In this document: positions 26,040-38,903 of the stretch, in pieces
How positions within the stretch are numbered: position 1 is the first letter of the stretch
Layout: the number at the start of each line of letters is the position of its first letter
NCBI GenBank assembly: GCA_003693705.1
Contig: RBZT01000656.1
Location: forward strand, 65,902 to 129,901
Direction: 5' to 3'
Origin: Polymyxa betae A26-41
Lineage: Eukaryota; Protista; Endomyxa: Phytomyxea
Length of the DNA stretch: 64,000 nucleotides
Made by a program: the position numbers and the translations under genes
Notes under the pieces: generated by a model
What the model was told of the DNA's origin: nothing
Databases searched by the model: none
The model's input: only the letters and a program-made list of their open reading frames with translations

Positions 26040-26269
26040 TGTCAAGAACCAGCTATATAGTGAATAAACTATAACAGATATAATGAAGTATGTAGAAGCC
26101 TTAGAAGACAGAAGAATAATAAGAGAAGAGTTGCAGAACGAAGAACAGGAAGACGATGACGAGGGACTAAAGCTACGACCAAACGAGACGAAGAAGTTGA
26201 TTCAAAACGGCGTTGAACGAACTGAAGGCCAGTTCGTTCCTGTTGCTGGTTTTATTGAATAAGCTAACA
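26040..26269. mobile_element. LTR-like segment B (solo LTR candidate)
   Basis: tgtca...taaca termini, purine-skewed, shares blocks (gaataaac, aagaataataaga, aaacgagacga, agttgattcaa, aacggcgttga) with the reverse complement of segment A. Confidence 0.55.
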
Positions 26270-27865
26270 GTTACACAGTGTAACACCTGATAAATATCTA
26301 AGGCAGGCTGTTGGTTATGACAAAGAGGTAACGCCATCACGGACCTCATTTTCCGTGGGCTACCTCTAGCTTGATCACCCAGTCAACGACTGCAGTTCCA
26401 CGGGCGCCGATGGTGACATTCTTATCATGACTTCTGCCTCTCGACTTACATGATCATAGTGCTATGTCCACGCGCGAAACCGTGGGAGTCGCTTCAGGAC
26501 CAGGCGTTGTTGCGCCCGACACGACCCGGGTTCTGGGAATGCCCAAAGCCAGATCCTCGACGCCATGTCTCAATGGCGTCACAAGGCCGGTTGGAACCTG
26601 CGCTAGGACACATTGGAAAGTGTCGAGGTGATATCGGTTATGATGGACGTGCGAGGACTGATTTTGTGTCCAACAGGACAATGACAAAGTAGTCAGCAGT
26701 CCCATGACATCCCGGATCGCTTCCCAGTCTGCTGCTGTTGTCGCGCAATTTCTCGATCTGCTCTCCAGCCAGTTCGACATTTCGGCTGAATACATGAAGA
26801 GTTGGGGCATGTGCGGAGAAAAGTGGGACGGGGATACACCCGACCCGCGTCATATCGACAGGCAACCTCACCTCTGTGGCGATATCGCAACGGCATTGAA
26901 TTGGTACAGGCTTGAAAGCCATCGGGAACCAGGAGTGCATCTTCACGGTCAATGTGCAGGTGTCACAGTGGAATCCAGCGGCATGTAACCTTCTAACCAC
27001 TATGCTGGCCTTTGCTGACACCAGTACAAGACGGCCGCTTCGTATTGTGAACAAACGACTTGATGCTCACTTTCCAAGCCCCCTACCGGATCCAGGTGCT
27101 GATGCCGAATCTGTTCTGCATTTCGCTATGGAATGGGTGACAGAAAGATTGCCAATCTGTGTCCACGATCCTGATAGGCTTCGTACATTACAAAGTAACA
27201 TAAACAGAGATCATTAATAGCGAGCGAGGCATACAATGCTCAAGTCTAAACATAGCCTTAGCGAATGACGCTGTAGCTTACAACTCAGACTTTAGCATTT
27301 TGGTTAATCACGCAGTTGGTATTTTATTGCATACACTAGCGTTAGAAAATCAGAAGTCATATATCAAGGGCTAACAAGGGATCCTGAAATCCGGAAGAAT
27401 TCGAGACAACTATGAGAAACTTCGTTTTTGGAGAGCCACAACAGCTTTTAGAGTATACATTGCTGTAGAGTTATGAAAGTTCGGAACCGACTGAGAAAAC
27501 ACCAGAACTCGGCTCACTTCGGGCCAGATACACAATGAGTATATATCACCGAGCATTATGCCATCTCTCCGCCTTTCCGCTTTCCTTTAAGCAAGATAAT
27601 CAGAAATAGATTGGTGACGTCGTAATGAGTGGACGCTTGATACGCCTTATCCCATCCTGGATGCAATCCCAGGCTGAAGCAACCCATTTGGTCTGAGAAC
27701 GCTTCCGTCCATCCGCCGAGGTCTGAATGGCAATTCCCAATTCTAGTATCAAGCAATAGCAGAGCAGGACAGTAAATGGATCAAGACAGAATGGGCGTGG
27801 CCTTCTTCCCTGTTCTGTCAGTGATCTCGAGATCTTCATCTTCTGTTTTCGCAATTCATATCTAA

Positions 27866-29292
27866 ATGGGCAGGCATCTGGCCAATTCGGTTCGGGCCTT
27901 GTGGATCGTTGCATCGCAGCCGGAGGGCACCCGATACCGACTAATCACATCGAGGCGATTCCCAACGGTCGTCTGCCCCTGGACAATCATGCCGAGCCAT
28001 CCTGATCCTGGGTCGTAGGTGGAGGCAGCGGCCAGCGATCAGGCGCCCGATGATCAGACCGTCATGGCCAAGCTGTCGACAGTGGACGATCTGCGGCAAC
28101 GGTGCTATCTGACTCTCGAGGATTCGATGCAGCTCATTATTTCGTCATCTGATCGTGTCTCGGTGCTGATTTTACCCGCCATCAGCAATGATCAGATTGC
28201 CATCGGAACCGCCGCTTTGCTATCGGAGACGTTTTGCAGCTGGATCTCGCCTTACGTCGCCGATTTTGACGTAAACCTGCTCTGGTCGATCTCGACGCCT
28301 TTGTCGTTGGTGTTTTTTCATACGATGCCCTTCGGCGAATATCTTGACGACCGACCGCTCAGCGACGTTTACAATGGGCTTATACACGGAACGTCGCTGC
28401 CGCCAATGCTGACACCGACCAGCGCAGCCCTCGCATCCGTCACCGTCCTAGAGCAGACCAGCTGCTGCTTCGAAGGCGATTTAACGCCTGTAGGTTTTCG
28501 GCAAGTTGGCGCCATTCAATATGAAGGTTCTGTTTGTAATCGTGTGTTTCAACAAGGAAATTTAAAACTGTTTCAGGTTCTGCACCTGCAGATACAAAGC
28601 TACAAATATCGTTTTTGCAGAACCCGGATTTAAGGCAGTTAAAAGTGCACGAGAAAGCGTCCTTAGAAAACACTCTTGACAAGCACGTGATCACTTTCCC
28701 GCCTTCTAAACAGGTACACTAGATACAGCAGGATTTGTCCAGTTTGTTAGTCTCGATATCAGATGATAATTGCAAAATATGACTGGATGAAACCAGAAGT
28801 TCCAATTAGCAAATATCGATTCTCCATTGATGCGGTTAAGAACGACGACACATCGCTTCAAGCCCTATTAGAGGTGACATTCTCAAAATTCGTCCAGCAT
28901 GTCGAAATCCTGTTCGAACTTGAACAAGATACAGTCGTCGAGCGCTCTGACTCCGAAGTTCAAATTAGTCGAGTTAATGAAAAGACAAATGAGTTTCGAT
29001 GGCCAGTTGGTAAGACAGGTTCGCTGAGCGTGACATTTTTGGTAACAATGCGAACTTAGGCAATGTGTTGACAAACGGAACGATACGGAAAAGAATCCAA
29101 TGGAGCTCGAAACACGGAAGGCCTCTGCATAAACAACGGTTCATTGAAATTCGCTGCATTTCGAGCCCAAATCTTGAGCTGGTAGATTCAGCAGATCAAG
29201 TTAAATATTTTAATTCAAACTTAAACCGAAACCTGTACCGTTTGAAATTTAAAAGTAGCAATAATAATATCAGTAAAGAGGACAGACAATGA
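27866..29292 (+). CDS. AP5M1: AP-5 complex subunit mu
   Basis: First exon VRALWIV...SRRFPTV|EA and internal MPFGEYLD are AP5M1 hallmarks; followed by a shortened mu-homology-like region; 3' end approximate. Confidence 0.78.
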
Positions 29293-29294
29293 CA

Positions 29295-30383
29295 CTACAA
29301 TTTATCAGTTTTCTGAGGGGCATCTTTTTTTAAGAATAAATCACCAACATGAACACAATCGTATTGTTGTCGTGCATAAGCATCCGCATCAATTTCATAC
29401 CCCTCAGAAAACAGTTCATTCAATCTTTCAGTTGTCCCATTAGATTTATCATAAACTGCATTCTGAGCGAAAGTAAACTTCATTATTGGCAATAAAGAAT
29501 CAGTTGTCAATACCTGATAAACGTCTTGAACGCGATTCACAGTTACGATCGATAAAGTGGGCTGACGAGGACAAGCGCTAAACAGATATTGATCGGACGG
29601 GAACAAGCCAATGTCTCTAAGAGCCCGGTTTCCAGCCACTTCAAACGTATTTGGATGCGATAGCTCAGATGGTGAAATTGCGGCAATTATCTCGAGCAAT
29701 TCAGGGAGCCATCCAGTATCAATATATGAAAACCAACCTGATCGACAGCCTGCCTTCTGTATACAGACCCGCTTAAATCCCAGCAATAGGACCAATCATG
29801 TGAGCCTGGACGAATAATTCAATACTATGCGGCATTGTCGTAGCAGTTCAAGGGACCTAATATGGGTAGGTATTCGAAATGAGTGCCATGCTCGAACAAT
29901 GGCGGTATTTGACAGGAAGCCGATCGGGTATAACAATATGTGATTCCTGGGTGTAGCCGAATATGGTAGGCGAAGCAATTGGAACCCGGTCGTAAGACAC
30001 TAGCGATCAGATCCAGATCTAGCGGCCGATAGATAATGGCATCGTCAACCAAGAAGAATACAAAGTCGGAGGGTGTGGAGGCAAATACGTCGTCAAGAAT
30101 GGCCTGGAAGCACTTCAGCACAGAAAATTGTTAGGCGTGCGATTTTAACATGGAATTGAGCATCCGGGTTGTCGGATTCATAGCGGAAATGAACTTGGGG
30201 AAATCGCTGCTGAACACATTTATATGCATGCATGAAATGAGCATTGGAGGCAGCAACTATGACATTGACTTGTATAATATGATTATCATGAGATGGTTGG
30301 ACATAATCAAACAAAGATTGAAGGCAGCTCTGCAATTGCAGAGGTCTATCTTTAGAGAGCACAACACACAAGAATTGCGCCAT
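29295..30383 (-). CDS. GT-A fold glycosyltransferase (KDRPLQL type)
   Basis: VVLSKDRPLQLQSCLQSL, FFLVDDAII (DxD-like), IRLHPGI, GSHDWSYCWDLSGSVY and HPNTFE joined by three GT-AG introns. Confidence 0.7.
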
Positions 30384-30486
30384 CAATATCGCTCTGCCTT
30401 CATCAGATCACCGATACTGGCGATACTGTACAACAAAAATTATTCTACAGTTTATCTGCATTTTTACAGATTAAAAAAAAATATTT

Positions 30487-33350
30487 TTACAGAGGTATTA
30501 GGAAGTCCCGAATTCCTCCGACGCCAATGGCTTCAGTCGTTTTTAGTGAAACTGGAACAATTTCTAAACCAGTCGACTTGAGCAATTCTTTTTGCTCCAA
30601 AGTCAATTGGTCCAGGGTTGTCCTCGACGAAAATAACATATTCGGGCCGGTTTTCGAGGAAATTTCAGCGAAGCTGAAGGAGACCCTATGTACAGCTTGT
30701 TCTATACTGATTTCGATTCTTCTAGCTGGTAAATGCTGTATGATCTGATTCAACGAACTCGAGCAGAGCAATTCAGGGCATAACATCGTGAACGCAGAGC
30801 AGACATAGAGAACTTGTGATAAATGGTAAGGCTCCTTTACATTTACATAGACAGGTTCCAATCCCAACTTTGCAAGCCATGAATATAATGTGCTGCCACT
30901 AAATTTGGAATCAATGACGGCATAGGTATGATACAAAACCATATCAGTGGCCCCATCCAGATTCTGAATCGGACAGTTGATAATGCCCATTGAAAAGGCA
31001 TAAGACATTGTGAATTTGATTGAATCCAGCTGTAATTGCGACGCTGATTGGAACGTAGTTAGAGCAGAGTTGACGGGCATAACGAAGGAAGCAGGGCTTG
31101 TTGACTGAGCTGCAGCTCGCGACTTCAGAAAATTCTCTTCACAAGTAAGGATATGGACATGGGCAAGGTCGAAACATTGTAGCTGTAAATGCAACGTAGA
31201 GAACTCTTTTAGCACCAAGTTAACCAGACTCCGTCCTTTCATGGAAAGCAGACGGATTTCACAGCCACTTTGACGTTCAACTGGGATTCCATTACGGAGG
31301 ATAAAAGCCACATCTTCCGGAATGAACAGCATTGCAGAAGGACGCTCTCCAAGTTCTGAAACATATCTAAGGCTATGAGAGAGCAAAGAGAGCAGAATTT
31401 ACGAGGAAACGCGATAGGATCCTTGATTGAATAGGGAAGGCGGGAGGAGGAATCTTCCGGTTGGTTTTTCCGGCGTACAACCTAATTCGTTGTTGTTTTG
31501 AATAAAAAAAACAGTAATTTCATTATGCTCTACCTGGGAAGTGCAGTGCAGCGACCCTAAGGCTGATTTAGTCTAAAGTTAGAAGAAGAATGACATTCAT
31601 ACCATACATACTAGAAACGCTGCCGTACTCAATAACATTGATACGTCCCTAGAAATACATTTCAGACACAAGAAGAATTTGCTGAAGAAAATCCAACTTT
31701 AAAATGTGAATTTCTGGCAACAAGGCGAGCAGATTCTTCATGCATCATGATCAGGTTCGAGTTGCCCAGATTCAAGCAGCTGTTTGTACAGAATTAGTTT
31801 GGTGCATGTGATAGTAACAAGCTTTTGGAATACTTTACTCCATATAACAGCTGGTACTGATCAGGAATACTAAGTTTACAATAAGCGATGCATAACCTAA
31901 CGCTATTTGTGACAAACCCTTGAATGTGGAATGATCTCATCCTGAGATATGTGGAAAATTCGACATCACTTCGAGTCATGACATATTGTTTGGTGATTGG
32001 GTTGCGAGTATATTCCGATACAAGGCGTCTCGTCAAAGATTTTGGGTTCTGAAAAATTCATGAGTACAACTTAAAACAATTGCAGAATTGACAGCAATTG
32101 CCCACCTCCAAAGATCCCATCAGAAGAACCAGATCATGCGAGATAATGTTAAACACGCAATCAAGATGCATCCTATCTTGACTTCGCTCGAAGAGATCTC
32201 GAACCTCAACAACGTAATCACAACCAATTAGATCAGCATCCATTAAGTGTTTGACAGCCAACGTGTTTGTTCTCAATCCGGTTCCAACGAAACATGTGTC
32301 ACCAGCCATGAAGAAGTCGCCTCCTACATTGCTATTGGTAAGACGAAAAAATATCGGTTTTAAACAAACCTTCCAGTAATGCAGGAGATGCTATCCGACC
32401 AATCAAAGGTGCCCCAAGATTTGTCATAACCTCTTCCATCAAATCAACCTCACCTAGGAGAATTTCATCTTGCGAGCCACATCAAATGAATCAGTAGTAC
32501 CATCGCGTGCTTTTGATGCCATGTTAGCCATTACGATACCTTTCTTTGTAGTAATCTGCTGATCTCTGGTGAAAATAAGATTTCCTAAAGGGCTCATTGA
32601 ATGCTCGACAGCAATCTGAACCCAGCTAAGTTATTGACGATAACCGATTGAGAAGCTTTCATTACATACCATGGAGGTGTCGCGATGAGATCGATCCAGA
32701 GTAACACAAGGGCATGTCATAACAACTTGAACCAGTTGACTTGAATTCATCTGTTCTATGCATTGGCGTTTATATTCGTTGGAGAGATAGAAAGCCTCTT
32801 CTTGCGTTAACGACGACGCTTCACAGTTCGGTGAGAGCTTGTACTTTAACTGCTTCATAGCCAGATCCTATAACCAACCATTAAAGACCGCTAGGTAATC
32901 CTAGATTTGTGCTCGCCTCCAGCCTTAGTCTTTTCTTCATATCGAAAGTCTTTCCTTTAGCACAGTCCTCTGACAATATCTTGCAAAATGTTAGCTGTTA
33001 GATACAGTTTGCATCTTGCAACATTACAGATTCCACATGGACGACCTTCACCCCAAAATCCTCCATCGCAGCAACGAAGAGCTAAGGTCAAGTGTCAATT
33101 TCGCTCTCTGTGTTCCGATATCTACAAACTTGATGCTCGACGCGAGCTCGTTCCAAATCGAAAGGCTGTTCATACAAACGACCACAAGGATGCAGATTTC
33201 CAAAGAAATTCGCAGTCGAGCTGGGTTCTAAATTCAGATCCTGAGCCATCCCCCAGGCAAGGCATGACAAACGATGCGACCTTGAACAACACAGACGAGA
33301 GCCTCATCGTTCTCGTGAGCTTGATAGACATCACAGCCGATCCTCCTCAT
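30487..33350 (-). CDS. Arginine deiminase, eukaryotic type, with a second C-terminal amidinotransferase-like domain
   Basis: GNLHPCGRLYEQP, NLIFTRDQQITT, LEGGDFF, GTGLRTN, RMHLDCVF and SMYGSLHCTSQ give the Asp/His/Cys catalytic set; final exon 30487-31386 encodes a further domain. Confidence 0.88.
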
Positions 33351-33946
33351 GACGTCTCTTTATAAAGTCTGAACGAGAGGGTCTGGGGTGATGGGTTCTC
33401 TGGTGGGTTCTCTCTGTTCCAGATATCGGACTGCATGTTCATGTTTCACATCACTTTATCACAGCCACCAGGTGTCTTTGTTTTGGCTTACATAGAATCC
33501 GGACCCAATCAGATGCTGTTAATTCGAGTCAGTTGTGAGATGGTGTGCTGGTATCGCCGGCTGTTGTCACACCATAGGCGACGACTAAGGCGAAGAACGA
33601 CGAAATCAGAGAACTTCTGTCAATCATTGCCAGCAAGGTAGTAAGACAGTCGCGACCCGATAGCATGAGCCGATGTTTCAGCTTTGGTATACGACATGGA
33701 ACGAATTTAAATCGACTTGCGACTCTGTTTATTCATTGATTCTCGAATGAACAAGCAGCTTAGTTGGGTGAATGGATAGCACTTCAATTCGCCACGACAA
33801 GGAAATACAGGCAAAGACCTTCGATCAGACGAATCGGTCATAATGAGAATGCTGAACTTTATGGCTTTGAGAGCACGATATGTTGACCGACAAAATAGTT
33901 GAATCCTCCGCATAGATTTATTATTTACTAATTGGGGCTAAGCACA

Positions 33947-34504
33947 ATGACGACAACAGCTTCTGGCGAACAATTCCAGCCAGGCCCATATGCAGATACA
34001 CTAAATGCCTTCCGACTCATGTTTCTTACTCATGATGAGAAAGCTGTATATCGTGCCCTGGTCTTACTGAAGCGAATACTGCAAAATTTACAGCAGCATC
34101 CTCAGGAGGATGTCTATCATCATATCAGGCTCTCAGCAAAACCTATTCAAGAACGCCTAATTCCTGTCCCAGGTTCTCTTGATGTGCTACGATCGATTGG
34201 ATTTCGGGATGCTGGAGATTCCGAGCATCTTGAATTGCCTTCGATGACAAGAGATTCTTGTGATAAGACTCAGAGCGTGATTACTCTTTTAGATGCCAAA
34301 ATCAACGACCTAACGCATCCTTATGAGACGATGCAGGATCCGGTCAGAGATATCGAGTCAGATCTTGGCCTGTTAAAGAAATTTCGATATAAGGAAAATC
34401 GCGATGCACGCGAAGCCGAAATCGAGGAGAAGATCGAAGCTGCCAAGCGAGAACGTAAACTCGAACAAATGAAGAGGCGATCGACCAGCCGCGAACGATT
34501 TTAA
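33947..34504 (+). CDS. PUB domain protein
   Basis: LKRILQNLQQHPQEDVYHHIRLS...GSLDVLRSIGF; intronless. Confidence 0.8.
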   Translation: MTTTASGEQFQPGPYADTLNAFRLMFLTHDEKAVYRALVLLKRILQNLQQHPQEDVYHHIRLSAKPIQERLIPVPGSLDVLRSIGFRDAGDSEHLELPSMTRDSCDKTQSVITLLDAKINDLTHPYETMQDPVRDIESDLGLLKKFRYKENRDAREAEIEEKIEAAKRERKLEQMKRRSTSRERF

Positions 34505-34538
34505 ACAATTTTGAATCAGTCTTTAATATTAACAGAAA

Positions 34539-35995
34539 TCACTCTGCTTTTTTACCCAAACGTTCCAATCCAACTTTGAATATCTCCATTTCAGTATGTA
34601 CAAGTGATTTTGCTAGGGCGACCCTATTGAAATAGTGTGAAGTTGGCAGTGAATCAAGACGTTTTTGAGCAGCAACGATTTCTCGCAGAAGGAGCGACAT
34701 GAAAGCTTGCAGCGACACCAGAGCGCGCTCTTCATTCGCTTCGCTAACGGATTCTGCAGTCGGGTTCCGTAGCAGAAATGCAGCATCATCACGACTCAAG
34801 CAAGCGATTCGGGCAGCCCATCTTAGCGGTGAGGATATCGACCCATCTGGGGCAATCGTCATCGGTAATGACGAAAGTGAACGCTTGTCGAAAAGCATGG
34901 CACGCAGCTTCTCAATGCCATCCGATGATGCGCCAAGAGTCTTCAGATCTGCTTGGACCTTAGCTGGTGTGATAGGGTTGCGGTGCAGGTAGCCTTGCAG
35001 GACCAGCAATTGGGCGGCAGAACGTTGACCATAGTTGATGAAGATCTCAGAACCGGGTTCAATCGGATGCTTACATTCGGCAACAAGTCGGTCTTCAGCT
35101 TGAATGAAATACGACTCGGCGCCAGAATGTTTATCGTTGCACATATCCCAGCAAGGAACCAGAAATGGGGTCCCATCAGGCGATTCGTTCTGACGAGAGA
35201 GAACGATAGCGCTGGCCCATAGCCATTCTACCCAAGAAAGACCGAAAAGCACCTTCGGCAACCTGTCATCATATCAGTCTGGATACTGCAGGATCTTTAA
35301 AGCCTACTGGATACGGCCCATAATATAAACATAATGCTGAATTGTTGATAGTCTAGTGCGAATTGCTTTTTCGAATGCCGAAGTTCCAGTGAGAAGCGCT
35401 TGGATGTCTTCAAAGCTCCAAAGCCAGGCGCTATCCAGATCGTCAATGCCGACATAAGGCAAGCTTGATATGAACAATGCATTGCAGGTGGAACTAGGCT
35501 TTCTGGTTTCGATTAACAGTTGCAAAGTGAGAGCCGCACTTGGGATTTGTGTAAAGAAAAAGTTCATCTGCAAGATTCCGGGTGCTGCCTGAAGCATCAT
35601 TGCCTTCGGAATCGAAATAAACACAGAGCCTTTAAAGATCAATGAAGATAAAATCAAGTTTCACACCTATATATACCTGTATCTAAATGCCGCTTAGCAC
35701 ATACCGAGTTCGCCTTATTTGAGAATTCCCAGAGGACTCCAGCCTGACTTTGAGGAAAATTCTCTTGAGTCCAATTTTGAAGTTTTAATAGCGCATCGTG
35801 CCTCGATTGCTCTGGAGGCCTCAACAGCGGCTGTTGAGGCTGCAATCGTTGCAGCTTGGTAAGCAGTGGCTCGGAAGCTCGCAGACTATCAACAGGATTC
35901 GGCCCCGAACCAATTGCATCTACCAGAGCCTCGAGCAAGGCGGCTTGCTCCTGGGGAAGTCCATTACTAGCAGCAAACTGACATCGGTCTGGCAT
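34539..35995 (-). CDS. SET-domain methyltransferase (SETD3/Rubisco-LSMT family)
   Basis: WLWASAIVLSRQN, LVPCWDMCND, EIFINYGQRSAAQLLVLQGY, and a C-terminal LSMT substrate-binding-like region (NEERAL). Confidence 0.85.
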
Positions 35996-37330
35996 TCAAA
36001 GGAACGTCAGACAACAGATCTGGGTTACAGCCGCCACAACAAAACACAATCAAACTAATACTATGTCATTCAATACAGCGAACATCCGTATAAGGGTAGG
36101 GGACATCAACTCTGTATGCAAAAGTTTGGCTGTTGAAACAAGTGGACGCTGATAATTCGCTCAGCAAGCCATAGCGAAAAATTGTGTTGGATTAGGGCAA
36201 GCAATCAGCTCTAAAAATGGGATATATTATTCCAGTTAGATTAATCAAATTTCAGAATGTAAGCAGTGATAGCGAGTCGATTGATGGCTAAGCCGACCTC
36301 CTCAGGTCGTGGGTGGCGACAGTCGAGCCATTTTGGCCTGGAAGGCCAGCCTGGGTGTCTAGTTCACCAAACCCATTTCCACTATAGACACCATCTTCTT
36401 GCAGTCATATTCGCTTATGGATCCCGTCCCTACGCCTGCCCTGCCCTGTCCCCCATACTGTGAGAGGATGATGATGGGGTCGCACTATACTGTATAAGGG
36501 CATGGCCCTTTGTCATTGTGAGACTGGCTGCTCGCCCATTATCATACGTGACGCCTGCCGGCCGCTTGTTCTGGAACAAGGCCAAATTGGAATCCGATCA
36601 AAAGGTACAGCGTCGGCTTGATACCGGTTTCGCCAGTCTCCATCAAGAGTGGCAGGCAAGGCCTTACGAATGGCGACCGGATCCCGATCGATGCGTCGCT
36701 GGTTTAGCGTGAAAGCCAGAGGCAGCGATGTCAATCCGAAGCTGACGCTGGTCGAGCTGAAGATCCCCTACGTCATGGGTCTGTTCCTACAGGTCTATCC
36801 ATCGCAAAAGCAGTTACAAGAACGTCTGCTGAGAGCGCAGTTAATGCATCAGACGCGCAATGGCAAGACCAACCTGCCGGTTCAGCGGCAAGTCGGCGGG
36901 CCGCTTTCGAAGAGCTCCCGGTCAAGCCTGGCAGCGATGTGGCCATTTCCATGGGTCAACCAGAAAAAATGACGCTCCAGTAAATTCATCAGCAAACTGC
37001 CATGACCGATGATCGAGTCAAGGATTCTATTTATTAAACTCGAAACTTCTTGCAAATATGGAATCATTGAGCTTCGCTTCGAGAAGATCTGTTTTCTAGA
37101 ATATTGGTTAGAGAGCGAAGATAGACCCAATCGACGACCTGAATAATCCTGACTTGACCGATTAAAAATGCGCTGATTGTCTAAGACATTTGTAATAATC
37201 GGCACCAAGAGACAGCCTTCGAAAGGTCGTCTCAAATCTTGAAAATTTCATTGCCGGCCTCTTTTGTGACTAGAAGCGCTTTGTTGATCATTTGATCCCA
37301 TTTCTCGGACGGCCCGGCGGCTAAGAGGTC

Positions 37331-38360
37331 ATGGCCGCCAGGGGTGATAATTACGTCTTGCGCAAGCTCATCGACGATCTGCAGAGCATTCAGCGAGAAT
37401 GCGACCCTGGTGCTGTCCAGGCCCAACAAGAGCAGGGCAAAGATAAGCTCGATGCTTTCGAGCAGCATAAACGCGATCTCACGTTTATGGTCAGCGAGCT
37501 CAAAAAGGTAGGACTAATTGATTTTGATCGGATTTTGAGTTCGTTAATTATTCTTTTATTAGAATGTTGAGAAGCGTAATGAAATGGTACAAAACCATGG
37601 GCGTCAGGAGCAGACCATTAGGTTGCGGGCCGAGAATGAGAAGAGGCTTACTGAAAGCAAGTTAAAGTTCAATGAGATGAAGAAGGCACATGAAGCCCAG
37701 GTCTCCAAGAAAAGAGGCAAACGTTTGCCCGAAGCTATTCTGCAGACCCGAAAAGAGATGATCGATATCCTCGAAGCTGATATCAAAGATCTCGAGCAGG
37801 CCCATAATCAGATTCGTCCAAATCGCGGAAGCAATCGAGAGGTTGCCAGGTTTGTTGTGTATTTCTTCTTCAACCATGGATACTGACTGATTTTAGGGCT
37901 TTGAAAGACGCCAGGTTGAAGGAGAAAGAGGATGATGCGAAAATGGGCCGGGAACCGAAAGAGGGCGTTCCAATGCGGGAAATGACGTCGGAAGCGACTC
38001 AGTTCATGATGTCCAAAGAAGAGAACGATGTTAAAATCGATTCTCAGCTGGATATCATCCGGACAGGAGTTCGCAATCTGCATGAGATCGCCGTCGATAT
38101 GAACGACGAACTCAACGTTCAAGCCGTCGTTACTGAGGAAATCAACAAACAGTTCGATGTTCTTGATAAGAAGTTCCGGACTGCTAACCAGAGAATGACG
38201 ACGCTGCTCGAACAGGTATATTGACCAGATTGACGATTATTGCTGCAATGTGTCTAATGAGTGGTAGACTGGTGGAACTGCCAGATGGTGCGCTTTGATG
38301 ATCGCGTTCGTGATCTTAATGGCTCTACTCGCCTATATATTCCAAATTGTCGGATTTTAA
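37331..38360 (+). CDS. Qc-SNARE (SYP7/syntaxin-8-like)
   Basis: DSQLDIIRTGVRNLHEIAVDMNDELNVQ SNARE motif with Q zero layer; spliced C-terminal TM WCALMIAFVILMALLAYIF. Confidence 0.85.
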
Positions 38361-38897
38361 TATATCCTCAATGTACTTTCAGATGAGTTTCATTATATCT
38401 ATGGCTAGGATCCTTTTGACCTTGATGATCCAGTTTCTCGAACTTTCCTATAGTATTATCGCAATAACAATTGATTTTTGTTTGATTTTTGTTGCACTTT
38501 AATCCAGGAGTATTATGAGCGCATGGTATTTAAACATGATGATAACATTAATAACAAGGAAATGGTTAGCTGGTCTTTGAGTAACATTATGGCTCGGATG
38601 TCGAAAAGCGTGTCTCAATCGAATCACGTTCCAGGCTTCTATTGATTTAGGGTCCTGCATCATATATGAATGGTGCAGTTAGAGCAACGTCGATGGTGGT
38701 TAATGAGTTCAGCATTTCAATCAAATATTAATAACTTGCTAGATATTTGTAAAGGCAATGATGATTATGACTGGCAGGATATATCCTTTGCTCCAAAACA
38801 AGTCGAAGTTGTTATACTGTATGCTGCAGCAAAAGAAACCCCAAAAAGGTTAGATCACCATGCGGTTCCCAGCTGGTCCCCCACGCCAGTACTAAGC

Positions 38898-38903
38898 NNN
38901 NNN
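38898..38903. other. Assembly gap (6 N)
   Basis: nnnnnn in the sequence. Confidence 1.

Noticed and set aside
24633-26269. Intact LTR retrotransposon bounded by the two LTR-like segments
   Set aside because: The segments are inverted relative to each other and diverged; there is no pol, PBS or TSD.
26270-26284. gttacac-a-gtgtaac palindrome next to LTR-like segment B
   Set aside because: 7-bp arms are too short to interpret on their own.
38779-38790. atatcctt U12-type 5' splice-site-like motif
   Set aside because: Intergenic, with no flanking exon or branch site; all introns I traced were GT-AG.
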